Position numbers and translations under genes: made by a program
In this document: positions 1 through 12,866 of the stretch, piece after piece
Position numbering within the stretch: the stretch's first letter is position 1
Layout of the letters: the number at the start of each line of letters is the position of its first letter
Assembly: GCA_964016885.1 (NCBI GenBank)
Contig: OZ024740.1
Coordinates: 411,928,001-411,992,000, forward strand
Source of the DNA: Eledone cirrhosa
Taxonomy: Eukaryota
DNA: 64,000 nt
Direction of reading: 5' to 3'
The notes under the pieces: model-generated
What the model was told of the DNA's origin: nothing
Databases searched by the model: none
What the model saw: only the letters and a program-made list of their open reading frames with translations

Positions 1-445
1 CGATGGAACATATATTTGGCTCACGAAATAAAGTATGTGAACAAACGTTTCTCGAGATTGTGAACGAGAATTTCAGTGCTCATGAGAAGTTTAAGAAATC
101 TATTGCAACAATTGAATGAATCCTCCAGCAAGGTTTCTAAAGTACTTGTGACAGAAGAGTGAAATCCCTGGATGAATGACATAAACATCGTTTTAAAAGC
201 CATCTGTCCCGAAGGTGGATTAATTAGCCCTATAATCATAGAGGCTGTATTTACTGGAACAATAGCATCACTGATAAGTTCTATGCCACAGAAGATGACA
301 ATCGTTTAAAACAAAATACATTTTCGACACAATAGACACACAGTGCGATAGGTGACACCAGTGAATCTTCAGATTGTTAGGATATTGATAAGTATAGTTA
401 TATTCTTAAATCTTTTGAAAATTTTAAATCAAGATATACATTTGT

Positions 446-590
<145 letters not shown>

Positions 591-961
591 CGCCAGTGTT
601 GATTTCGAAGTCACATATACCAGCATCTTGAATGGGAAATACTGGGCATATTTGATAAATGAATACTCCGTCATTCAATATCACCTACCTGGGATAAAGT
701 ACTGATATGTAGTGCGTTGGGTCGCTAGAACTTGCTTATCATCATGGGTGTGAATCTTCCTCTTTTCTTGAAAAAGAACACATGACCGCTCTGCCAAAAT
801 TACTGCTACAGTACATGGCAGTGGAGTTACTAAGCCACGATGCTGGAAAACGGAACGAAACGCCTGTCGAGAATGTTATATCCTCGTTCCATCTTAGGAT
901 ACATCACTGGCTTGGATGTTACGCCACTTGGCGTGTAGCTTTCAGTTTCCCAGAAACCAAT

Positions 962-1000
<39 letters not shown>

Positions 1001-1004
<4 letters not shown>

Positions 1005-1190
1005 GTTTCTACTTTTGGCACAAGGCCTGCAATTATCCCATGTGTATTACTGGTACTTTATTTTATCCACCCCGTAAGGATGAAAGGCAAAATTAATCGG
1101 TGGGATTTGAACAAATAATGGCAAGGGCCGTAACTCTATGCGTCAAAGCATGGCGTCCGAACCTCTACCGATACTGCCAATCCACCGCCC
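1001..1190 (-). mobile_element. tRNA-derived SINE (family A, ~190 bp)
   Basis: Matches the other family A copies: pol III A box TGGCAGTATCGG, B-box-like GTTCAAATCC, central GCCTTTCATCCTTACGGG..GATAAAATAAAGTACCAG (resembles a Meta/MESC-type SINE core, from memory), 3' end GTAGAAACAA. Confidence 0.85.
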
Positions 1191-1594
1191 CTTATATAAT
1201 ATTATATTTATATAATATCTCTCGATCAGGTATAGGTTCGTCTTTAATCTGCTTGTATTTTCGGTGCTGTAGTGGCTTTGTTAGCAACTTGTCTCAAGTC
1301 GTAACTTTCACAGTGTCACACTCCTAAAGTATTGTTATTACTCTGAGGTCAAATTTATCGATTTATTGATATCATAAGTACTTTGAGCCAGCCCCAGAAG
1401 ATTGATTTCGAAAAATGCTAATCGCAACTGAAACTTCGATTCTACTCAATAGTTTATATGTATATATATATATATATATAAAACATATATATCAATGAAA
1501 TAGTGTTTAAGGCAAATTGTGTGTAATCGGGTAATATTCAATAATACCCTTATCTTATTTACATTTACATATATAAGTATAACTATATATATAC

Positions 1595-1668
<74 letters not shown>

Positions 1669-1690
1669 TTATTTACATATATAAGTATAA

Positions 1691-1756
<66 letters not shown>

Positions 1757-1764
<8 letters not shown>

Positions 1765-2340
1765 GACGTAAAATAAGAAAATTATAAAAATTAACTTACT
1801 TACTAAAATTTCACTCCAACTAATTAGTTTCTGAAAGGGAATAAACATGGTTTCCGAATGGAAAGCATGGATATACCTTTCGTCATCAGGAAGTCTGTTC
1901 TCAGCTAAGTTACCAGGCGATGCGTGGACACAGGGAACTTATACAAAAATAATTCAGTGGATGGAATAAAGCAAGCGTGGACTAAATTCCAAGACATTGA
2001 AAAAATCATTGCCTACTTGGTCGGTGACCAATTCAAAAGAATCAAACACGTGACATCGAGGTTGATCAGTGAGGAGTGGGGTGTTAAAAAGACAGTGGCC
2101 GTGCCATTACTATGAACTATAGTAGCAGTTTTGGCAAATCTTTGCTCAACAAAATAATTTGGAGATAATTATAAAGAATTAGTAAATCTACCAACATATA
2201 TATACAGATGCATACCTATGCTAGCAAATGCTTTCCATTCGGAAACCATGTTTATTCCCTTTCAGAAACTAATTAGTTGGAGTGGAATTTTAGTAAGTAA
2301 GTTAATTTTTATAATTTTCTTATTTTACGTCTTTCATATA
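1757..2340. repeat. Inverted repeat pair (~110-bp arms, 1757-1868 / 2228-2340), PLE-type tail; a second inverted pair at 2171-2229 / 2396-2456
   Basis: Arms are reverse complements by direct reading; a degenerate CTGATGA...GAAAC motif lies on the minus strand at ~1835-1895; flanked by (TA)n. Confidence 0.7.
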
Positions 2341-2450
2341 ATTGTTCTGCATCCCGTTGCATTGAACCACAAAGTTACTAAGACAACACCTATATATTTG
2401 CTAGCATAGGTATGCATCTATATATATATGTGTTGGTAGATATACTAATT

Positions 2451-2497
<47 letters not shown>

Positions 2498-2760
2498 AAG
2501 TTTTATTTAAATTATTGGGTTACAACGAGTAAATATTTATAACTGATATAAAACCACTCAACAAGTATTTGGAGTATATTTACGATATTAAATAAATGGA
2601 AAGTATATTTATAAAACCATATTTAGAGAGAAAAAACAGAGGGAGATAGATAGATAGAGAGAGAAAACAGAGAGAGAGAGAGAAAAAAAATCAACTTTTT
2701 AAATGGAAGTTGAAGTGTAAGGTATGTCAAATCTATCTATTTATAAGACTGTTTATATTG

Positions 2761-2826
2761 TATTTTGTCTGATGAAGGCATACCATATTTTTAATATGAT
2801 ATCCCTGAAATATATATAATGAAATA
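2761..2826 (+). ncRNA. Minimal type I hammerhead ribozyme (AUA triplet)
   Basis: tattttgt CTGATGA agg..catatt/aatatg..cct GAAA T ATAT ATA atgaaata; 8-bp stem I with two G-U pairs; palindromic ATAT loop III. Confidence 0.7.
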
Positions 2827-2866
2827 AATATGGTTTTATAAATATACTTTCCATTTATTTAATATC

Positions 2867-2982
<116 letters not shown>

Positions 2983-3110
2983 AATTGGTTTGGGATGCTT
3001 AAAGCGTCCGTATGCGGTAGGCCGATTGAGCACCCGATGATCTTACAGAGCAGAGCATAATATCACATAAGAAAAGGAGAATCAGTGGTGCGACAAATTA
3101 AAATTTATTT

Positions 3111-3205
3111 GACATATTACAATCGTTTCTCTGGCGACCAGGTCGAGGCACGATCGATGCAATGATCGAACCTGACTCTGAAATCGCAAGCTCCTCAGAT
3201 ATGTC
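3111..3205 (-). ncRNA. Type I hammerhead ribozyme with long stem II (PLE tail)
   Basis: gacatat CTGAGGA gcttgcga...tcgccaga GAAAC GATT GTA atatgtc; perfect 7-bp stem I; a more degenerate inverted copy lies at 3441-3536 (+). Confidence 0.65.
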
Positions 3206-3957
3206 TCGATTCTACGATTCTACGGAGCACAGTTTACAAACGGAAACCCTGCTATTGAATATTAATCGATTACACACAATTTGATTGTTATTTATGTCGT
3301 ATATATATATATATATATATATACCCAGCTCGAGGCACGATCGATGCAATTATAAAACCTGACTCCTGAAATCGCAAGATTATATATATATATATATATA
3401 GTAGAATCCAAGTTGCAGCTAAACTTTGCTTCGTGAATCGAGACGTATCTGAGGAACTTGCGATTTCAGAGTCAGGTTTGATAATTTCTTCGATCGTGCC
3501 TCGGGCTGAGCGCCAGAGAAAGGATTATACTGTCTCATAAATTTTAATTCACCGTGCCGCTATTTCTCCGTTTCTTATGTGATATATATATATATAAATA
3601 TATATATTTATGTGTGTGTGTGTGTGTATGTGTGTCCGTCCTAGAACAAAACACTTTATGTCAGGTTGCTCCATTGCTCCGGTCAACCCAGTAGGAAAAT
3701 GCCTTTAGGTCCAGAATTGTCATTAATTATTTCAAGTTTAATCACACCGAGAATAGAGAATAAGGGTAAATACGTTCGTGACATCTCAGTCTCTTGAACC
3801 CCAAATAATTATCAGTCATAGAAATCAAAATGGATATGCTGATATATATCTACGCTTTATTGACAACATTAATACGAAAACTGTGAGAATACAGTTCAAA
3901 TGAAACAACGTACATTATCAATATCTTCGAAATTATCTTTTTAATATAGATTTAGAC

Positions 3958-4141
3958 AATAATTGTTTCTACTTTTGGCACAAGGCCAGCAATTATCCCA
4001 ATGCATTACTGGTACTTTATTTTATCGACCCCGTAAAGATGAAAGGCAAAGTTAACCTAGGCGGGATTTGAACTCAGAGTGGCAAGGGCCGTAACTCTAT
4101 GCATCAAAGCATGACGTCCAACCCTCTACCGATGCTGCCAA
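3958..4141 (-). mobile_element. tRNA-derived SINE (family A)
   Basis: High similarity to other family A copies. Confidence 0.85.
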
Positions 4142-5457
4142 AATAATAGCCGTGAAATAGTATGACATTGTTTTGGTTGACGTTTTGGTTTATATGATGT
4201 CAATCGACCTTCTAAATATCACAGAATCATTTCAAAATGTCTGAATTGTCTACAGACCTACTTTATGCCTTTCATGATCTTAGAGATCATGATGGAATTA
4301 ATGTTGCTCAGAATCAGGTCGATAGATCTGATGTTTCAATCAGCTGAAACTTGTTAAATTGCATTTCTAACTTTGTACTATTATAGCAGTCATGAATAAA
4401 GATATAGTAATTTTAATTTAACAAATTATCTAACAAGTGATTTTCGGATTTTATGTAATTTACAAGTTTGTGTATTGTTGCTAATTGTTAAAATGCTTTT
4501 ACAGATGACATAAACTAAGCACAAAATTAAGTCTCGTAATAGAGATTGGTATATAACAACATATGCTTATAGCGTTAGAAATGGAAACTAGAGTAAAAAA
4601 AGTCCGAAAGCTAATTGCAATTCTGCTATAAATTGTTTAGTTGATTAAAAAAATACAATCTAAAGCATCTGACACATTCACACTTGGAGTTGTGAAGCAG
4701 CTTGTAAATGATATATTCGTTATCCCGGATAAATGAACGTCGTGTGTATACAACATATCGACCTATATCTTGATAAATAGTTGCACAGCATTTACACTAT
4801 ATAATTAGATACAACTATGCGGAGAAATATGAGAACTACGGACTTGTTTTTAAGTTGTCAAGCACAATATTTATATTATAAAGTTGCTTGTCAGCTACTG
4901 TCGTACATTTCTTTTATTTGTGTTGTATGTTTTTTTCCATCAGGGAAATGGTTGAGAAACAGTGTGAGTTTGGCTGAGGGTGTTGAGAGAGGGTAAAATA
5001 GAGTGCAAGAGACAAAACCTAGAGAAACATTGAAATATTAAAAATATGGTGAAGGAGACAAACAAGGCTTGTCTTCACAAACAGACTAAATTTGAGAATG
5101 TAAATCGCACTTTCATAGAACATCAATGTTGTACGGTTTTTCATGTTCATCATTAACACTTCTAAATGAATGAATGAATGTGTACGTGTTTATTTTTATT
5201 TTTATTATTTTTTTATTCATCCTCTTCTCATTTTTTATTTCTTTGTTTCATCTTTCATTTCTAATTCTATCTTCGGATGAAAAACTGGTGCCCAAAAGTT
5301 TAAGACTATTTTCCTGTTATTTAAAGCGTTAAACTAAAATGTTTCTTCATTGTCCTGTGTCATTTACTTTATTATTTCTGTTTACTCTTTACACACAAAC
5401 ACATACACACACAAACACACATACATATACACACACAAAGACACACACATGCATACA

Positions 5458-5501
<44 letters not shown>

Positions 5502-5917
5502 TGTGTGTGTGTGTGTGTGTATGTATATATATATATAGAGAGGGATAGAGGGGTATAAATAGATAGAAAAGTGTTCTACATGTGCAGATCTGATTCATTC
5601 GCATTCAATCCTCATGATGATTTCATAGAGACGAAGCAGATCTTTTACTATAGGTACCGATTTTATATAACATAAAGATGCTTATACTCTACTAAAATAT
5701 TCAGGGCCTTCTTTATCTGTCGTCACCTCCTGATACCCAACGCTAATCCACCCATAAATATCTATGTATGTATGTATCTATGTATGTATGTATGTATGTA
5801 TAACAAAACACACACACACACGCACACAACACAACAACAACATCAACTGCCACCACCACCACTACCCCCGCCGCCATCACCATCACCAGCGACCGGGCCT
5901 TAAGGAAACAACTTTAA

Positions 5918-6070
5918 TAATAATTTTTCTGCTTTTGGCACGGATCCAGCGACTGGCCCAGCGCATCACTAGTACTCTCTTTTGTTGACTCCGTGGGGAT
6001 GAAAGGCAAGGTTGACCTCGGCGGGATTTAAGCTCAGAGCGTGGAGAGCCATAACTCTATGCTGTAACGC
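5918..6070 (-). mobile_element. tRNA-derived SINE (family A), diverged, 5'-truncated
   Basis: Core and B box recognisable. Confidence 0.75.
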
Positions 6071-6174
6071 AATTATAATAATACTGGACTGTAGTACGAT
6101 CGGCTTCAACTATACACACACTTGAAAGTCAACAGTTGACATAATCTTGTAATCTTGTATCAGTAATGACTGTA

Positions 6175-6208
<34 letters not shown>

Positions 6209-6307
6209 AAGTGAGTAGAGTAGCGTGTGTGTGTTTGTTTGTATGTATGAGTGTGTGTGTATGTCTTACGTATAAGTGTCAATAGGTGATTTTTTTTTTT
6301 TTTTTTT

Positions 6308-6600
6308 GCGCGGGGACATAGAAATAATCGGGCTGGATGCCCGATCGCGCAGTTAAACCACTGGGAGTGAAGAACCCCTAGCCCTTGTCAGGGCATTCTT
6401 CTAGGAGAAGGCATCTCAGGAAACTGGGTTGACTCCGACATAAAACCTGCGGCTCAGTAGTTACCGATGATGTTGATCTTTTCTTCTTTTCGGGTTATAG
6501 CTACTGTCGCTCAGAGAGTGGGATTAGCTCAGTGCACAGTCTTTCCTCACTTTAAAAATATTCGTCACGCACAGGCATTCCACGAGTGCATTAATAATTA
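6308..6600 (+). mobile_element. Fragment related to the non-autonomous RTE-like element at 12349-12866
   Basis: Shares CTGGGAGTGAA, TTCTAGGAGA, AAAACCTGC, CCGATGATGTTGA and AGAGTGGGATT blocks in the same order as 12558-12750. Confidence 0.55.
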
Positions 6601-6612
6601 TTAATAGTATAC

Positions 6613-6613
<1 letters not shown>

Positions 6614-6688
<75 letters not shown>
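6614..6688 (-). repeat. (TAA)n microsatellite at the 3' end of the Dong/R4 element
   Basis: About 25 units directly abutting the element 3' UTR. Confidence 0.9.
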
Positions 6689-6689
<1 letters not shown>

Positions 6690-9600
6690 CTTGAATCTCA
6701 ATCATTGATGTTAGTTAACTGGAAAGTCCGTTGGAATGAATATCAAGCCACTACCTGCAGCCTCAGATATTCAGGACGTATCGGAGGGTTCTTGCTGTTC
6801 CCAGAAAGCATGCCTTTTGAAGCGTTCCAAAAAGCGTGAAGGGGCCGATTTTCTTTAACCATCCCTGGAAACTTTTGGAGATAGTCCCCAGTGCGCCTAT
6901 GACAATCGGGATCCCTTTGACTTCATGGCAGTTCCAAATCCATTTTACCTCCCACTTTAAGTCTTGGTATCGGTTAATTTTCTCCCTCTCCTTCTCTTGC
7001 ACTCTCGTATCGAATGGGCAGGCCACATCCACAATCAGACACGCTCTTTTTTCTTTGTCCACAACCACCAGGTCAGGTCTATTGTGTTCCAGTTTCTTGT
7101 CCGTCTATATCCTAAAATCCCACAGGACCTTCACCTGATCGTTCTCGATCACCGCCTCTGGCCTATGCTCATACCATTTCTCAGAATGTGGTAAATTGTT
7201 TACTTTGCACAGGTGCCAGTGGATCACCCTGCCCATCACATCATGTCTCCAGCCCTTAGAGTGGGTCTGGGCTAGGTGTTTACACTCGGATACAATGTGA
7301 GCCACAGTCTCCCCTCTTTCTCCACAGATCCTGCACAGTGGGCTAGCCTCCTCCTTGTAAATATGGTGTTTCAACCACTTCGTTGTGAGGGCCTGCTCCT
7401 GCGCAGCCATTAACATTCCTTCTGTAGCCTTTTTGAGGTCTCCTCTTCTCAACCAGTTCCATGTCTGTGGATCTCTAAATTCAGTTTTCTCAAAGAAGGT
7501 ACTATGAAGGGATTTTCCCTGAAGGCTGCTCTTTCTCCTTGATGTTATTTCCTCCTTGGACATCCCCTGGCCTACTGTCCCCTCCTTCAGTACAGTTCTG
7601 AGCATTGGCTCCTTACTATCAGTCATGTATTTGTATAGGTTGTTTTTCTCCATCTGAACACAGTCCTCCATGCTGATAAGACCTCTTCCACCCTCAGATC
7701 TCCTTAGGTAGAGTCTATCGACATCACTCCTCTTGTGGAACATGTTGTAGATAGTCAATAGCTTCCTAGTCTTCCTATCCATTTCTTTTTGTTCAGCAAC
7801 ATTCCATCTCAGAATTCCCGCATTGTACCGAATAATAGACACAGCTAGGGAATTTACTGCGCTTATGGCATTTCTGCTGTTCAGATGTGACTTCAATACG
7901 CTCCTTATTCTCCGAATGTATTCAGTTCTTAACAATTCCTTCATTTTTTTCTTCTTTATGCCATCAGCCTCCAGAACGCTCAAATACTTGTATCCTTCCT
8001 CAGAGTCAATTTCCTTTATCATCTCACCTGTTGGTATCTGGATTCCGTTACTTTTGCTCAACTTACCCCTCCTCATCACAATGACTCCACACTTACTAAT
8101 ACCAAACTGCATACATATATCACTGCTGAAAATGCGGACAGTGTCAACAAGCACATCCAACTCCTTCTCACTCTTTCCGAAGAGCTTAAGATCGTCCATG
8201 AAGAGGAGGTAATTGATGGTAAGCTCTCCTTTTCCCAACTTGTATCCTGCTCTCACTTTTCGCAGCATAATGGTCAAGGGCATCAGGGCAAGGACAAACA
8301 ACAGAGGTGACAGGCTATCTCCCTGGAATATACCTCTCTTGATCTTCACGCTTCCCAGGGATTCTCCAGTTGATGTCAAATCTGTCTCCCAGGACTCCAT
8401 ACTCCTGCCCAGCTACTGTCTGATGTTATCTGCCACCTTGAAAATCTCCAGGCTTTTGGTGATCCAAGAGTGAGGCACCATGTCAAATGCCTTTCTGTAG
8501 TCTATCCATCCCATGGCAAGATCAGTGTGTCTCCTCCTGCAATTCCCCATTACCATCTTATCAATAAGTAACTGGTCCTTTGTACCACGTGACTTCTTTC
8601 GGCATCGTTTCTGTTCGTCCGGTAACAAGTTGTTTGTGTGGAGGTGATGGTAGATTTCCTCAGACTTAATGCTTGTCAACAGTTTCCACATTACGGACAG
8701 ACATGTGATAGGTCTATAGTTGGTAACATCATTACCCTTGATTCGGTCCTTTATTACCAGAACTCTGGTACCTTTTGTCAACCACTCTGGTACCTCACCT
8801 GACATCAATAAGTCATTGAACAAGGTTGTCAGTTTCGGGTGGAGGGATGTTACATTTTTAATTCAATACCCCTGCACACCATCTGGGCCTGGTGATTTCC
8901 AGTTGGTTAGTTTTTTTGGCTGCCCCTTAAGAGTTTCAACTGTGATACTCAAATCAGTTTGTTGGTGTGCCTGCTCACCGATCTCCCTCTGTACTGTCTC
9001 AATCCACCCTGCTTGGTCATTATGTCTAACATCCTGTTCCCATATTCCTCTCCAGAAGGTTTTAGTTTGTTCCGCCTCAGGGATCAAGTCGTTGCCTCTT
9101 TCTTTCCCCTCAAGCTGTCCAAACAGCATCTTCTGGTTGTTGTCGAACATGCGGTTCTGTTTATACTGACTGACTCTGTTCTCATATCGCCTGATTTTTG
9201 CACTGTTTGCTACAATGCGTTGCTTCAGTTCCTCTATGACAATATTTAGCTTTTTCCTCCTAGTTTTGTACTTTATTTCCAGTCTAATTTTAGTGCCTAT
9301 GTTTTTTAGTGACCCATTCTGTAGTGACTCAATTTCTGTCATTTCTCATTTCCTTGATTTGACCACTTAGTCGTTTCTTCCACCAAGGCTCTGCTCTTTC
9401 TTGTCTGTTGTTTCCTCTCGCTTTTATACCGAGTAGTTTCCTCACCGTATTTGCTGTTGCTTTGAGGATATTGTTGCACTGGTGAAGGCTCCTCGCCTCA
9501 AGGTATGGGATGACTTTGTTTACCTTAGCTGTTGTTTCTTCTAACTTTTTCCTGTCTACAAATCTTAGGTTCATAGGTCTCCCGCTATCATTGTTCAATT

Positions 9601-10265
9601 CATCTACCTCTAAATTTAGGATGTCAACCGAATCTTGTCCCAGCCCGTCAGCTTTCATCTCCTCAGTGGCCGTATCTCTGTTCCAGGTATTATTTATCTC
9701 AGTGTTCAGATCATTGTCTGCTTCGGGTGGTTCCTCCGTTCTCTCGACCTCTACACCTTCATTTCCCACTGGCTCGTTTGTCTGGCATACTACACCCTCC
9801 ATCTCCAAGCTATTCTCTCTGCTCAGTTCCTCCAGTTCCAGCTCGCTTATCCACCCATTAGTTCTTATTACCGGAGCCTGCCCGGCCAATTTTTGTTCAT
9901 CTAATTTAAATAGACCAATCTCGTTCCAGATGTTATGCATCCGTCTCCTATAGCCCCTCTCCTTGGGGATACTTTTCAGGTAACATTGCATAACAGTTCT
10001 ATTCAATTCTTTCGTCCAGTTGGTTCTGGCCCCTTTCCTTCTTCTTCTTCCTCCAACACCAGTATTTGGTTGACAGTCAGGTTCCTGCTGCTGAGCCAGG
10101 GGGCACCTGTTGGGTGAGAGTCTGTCACATGACGTTCTAGTCTCCATTTCACCGTTATTCGAACTGTTTAGGTTCGATATTTAAACACTCTTATCGAGGA
10201 TTGGCGAATGTATGGTTACATAGCCATCTGTGGATTCACCGTTTCCGGTGGTTGCGCCGTTCCAT
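6689..10265 (-). mobile_element. Near full-length R4/Dong-clade non-LTR retrotransposon (RT + CCHC + restriction-like endonuclease), disrupted
   Basis: N-terminus WTKELNRTVMQCY...GYRRRMHNIW; RT motifs NYRPITCL, WIDYRKAFDMVPHSW, GIFQGDSLSPLLF, LFMDDLKL; knuckle CRIC..ETVAHIVSEC; RHD; RPDLVVVDK..IVDVACP; IPIVIGALG. Split over five ORF pieces by frameshifts and a stop. 5' boundary approximate. Confidence 0.92.
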
Positions 10266-11192
10266 TTGGCACTTGTGTGGCATTATCACCACGCTGTAGA
10301 CGAACACAAATAAAGAAACAAACACGCAGGCATAAAAAACCCCAAAAATGAATAAGCATGAGTTTCATTGTAATGTAGTGTTCGAATGTCTGACTTAGTT
10401 TTTCCCCTCTCTTCTCTGCCCGGCCGCTTGTTTCTCTCTTCATTCATATTTTCTTTACGTTTTTTTTTTTGTTTTTTGTTTTCGTTTTTCTCTGTTTGTT
10501 TTTCTCGTTTTTTGCTGTTGTTGCTGTGCTGTTTTGGTTTTGATGTTTGTTTTTTCTTTTTTCTTTTGAGTCTATCTATATATTTTGATGCCTTCCTCTT
10601 TTTTAGTAGGAATTCTATAATGTGGTGGCAGCAACTAGCAGAAGCAATGGGAGACAGCAGCGGCGGTAGCGATACTGAGACAGTGGTGGTGGTGATGTCG
10701 ATACCGAGGCAGTGGTGGTGGTGATGTGATCGTATTACTGTAGTGATGGTGTTGTAGCGGTGGTAGCAATGAAGGAGTGGTGGCGGCGGTGATGGTGGGA
10801 TAGTGGTAGTAATGATGGCCGTTATCTGGCTGTTGTGTTTAGTGTACACAGAGAGGTGATGGGGTAGGTGGTGTATCTAGTTTCTGGTGTTGGTGAGATT
10901 GGTGTTGTTTGGCTGTTCTATATAGTGTAGACAGAGGAGGGGGGGGTTCTTCTTCCATTTATAGCCATTTTCTTTTTTGAATATACAATGTACAATACAA
11001 AGTTGAATATTTGAATATTTGAGCCTTATAACAATATATTTTGGGTCCGAATTTTTTTGGGGCTCAAGCCGGATGCTTTACGTAGCATTTGTACTAAGAG
11101 TTGTTATTTCACAAATGATTTAAATATGTTAAAAATTCAAAACTTACGGGAGCGATTTCATGACCTTCTACCACCTCGTGCGTCTTCTTCCC

Positions 11193-11256
<64 letters not shown>

Positions 11257-11282
11257 TATTATTACTTTTTTTTTTTTTCTCC

Positions 11283-12132
11283 AATTCAATGATGTTCCAG
11301 AACAATATAAAAGAGATAATTGGCAATTACGTTCACTGGAGGGACCACATCAGTGATGTCGAGATTTTGGAAAGCTCTATGTGTGACAGTATAGAAGCTC
11401 TTGTGCTTAAGCAACGACTCCGTTGGAGTGGTCACTTTGCCAGGATGAAGGATTCTAGAATACCAAAACAACTCTTTTATGGAGAGTTGGTTAAAGGAAA
11501 ACGACCGCCACATAAACCAAAAAAGAGGTATAAGGATTCCTTAAAAGCCTCTCTGAAAGACGCTAACATATCTGCTGATACATGGGAGAATATTGCTGCT
11601 GATCGTAATAAATGCACAAAGACTGTATATGAGGGAAAAGTTGCCTTTGAGGCATCTCGAATCGCATACGATAAAGTAAAGCGGGATGTGAGGAAGGGCA
11701 TTGCTGTTGCACTTCCAGACGGCGAGGGTCCTCCTATGGTGCTGACATGCAGCGTATGTGCGAGACTCTGCCTAAGCAAAGCTGGACTCGAAAGTCATCT
11801 TCGCAGTCATAAAGTAAGACCAGTGGTTGACTACCAGGCTGTTGTTGGAGATGCTACTCATTATGCTTGCCAAACATGATGTAGAGAATGTAAATCAGCA
11901 GGAGGGCTCAAGCGACATGCAAAAGTACACGAACTCCAACCACAGCCGACTATTCCCAGTGAATGTTTTGGTTGCCGACTCTGTGCAAGACATTTTAGAT
12001 CATTGGCTGGACTAAAAAGCCACATTCGATCGCAGCGCTGTTAGTTGCTATCGTGTGTGTGTGTGTGTGTAGATATACTTATGTGTGTGCGTGTGTGTGT
12101 ATATATATATATGTATATGTATATTATTATTG

Positions 12133-12164
<32 letters not shown>

Positions 12165-12347
12165 GTTATTAATGTATGTGTGTGTATATGTGTGTGTGAG
12201 TATGTGTGTGTGTGTGTATATATATATATGTTTTTTATTTATTTATTTATTTTTATTTTTTTTATTATTATTATTTTTTTTTCTTTATCCTCGTGCAATG
12301 GCCATACTCGATAACGAGGGGGCAGCCATCATGTATGTATGTATGTA
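11283..12347 (+). mobile_element. 5'-truncated RTE-clade LINE 3' end with three C-terminal C2H2-like zinc fingers
   Basis: WRDHISDVEIL..RLRWSGHFARMKDSRIPKQLFYGEL..PKKRYKD..WENIAADR; fingers CSVC..HLRSH, CQT*..HAKVH, CRLC..HIRSQ; tail GCAGCCATC(ATGT)n. Confidence 0.88.
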
Positions 12348-12348
12348 T

Positions 12349-12866
12349 GGTCGCTCTCGAGTGCTACTGGTAACATGTAACCCAGTAGTACCTGTCTCAT
12401 AGTCGGTTCGTCGGCGACTAAACCGGCAACCCCACCAAAGTTGCTTGGTAAGGAGGGAGACATTTGGACACCCTGCGGAATGAAATACAAGACCCGTCAA
12501 AGGGTGGAGGAACTCAGCAGAGACAACGGCCATCCAAATGTTACTCTTTTTTTCACCTGGGAGTGAAAGGCCCCCAGTTGTTGTCACAACACCTTTCTAG
12601 GAGAGGGAAACTCTGAAAAAAAAACCTGCAGCTTCGGAAGCATCCGATGATGTTGACCAGTTCTCCTTTTTGCGTAGTGTTTTCGATGCTCAAGAGTGGG
12701 ATTTTGGCCTTTCCCCACTGAAAAAACCTTCAAAGCACATGCATTGCTTATCCAGGAAATGTTACAGGTTTGTGTGACAGGCCATAGCCTAAAAGTGCAT
12801 TAAACTCAATAATCTGACAAGCAATTGCAGTACTCTTAGCAGAGTTTGCAGCCATCATGTATGTAT
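12349..12866 (+). mobile_element. Non-autonomous RTE-dependent element (structured 5' end, shared GCAGCCATC(ATGT)n tail)
   Basis: No ORF; 5' part homologous to 22985-23174 and 34075-34264; 3' terminus identical to that of the adjacent RTE LINE. Confidence 0.7.

Noticed and set aside
7823-9953. Plus-strand ORFs over the Dong element
   Set aside because: Antisense shadows of the minus-strand LINE ORF with no recognisable motifs
10266-11192. Long 5' UTR of the Dong element reaching the second (TAA)n tract
   Set aside because: Attractive because TAA repeats would flank both ends, but the segment is low-complexity and cannot be tied to the element; left unassigned
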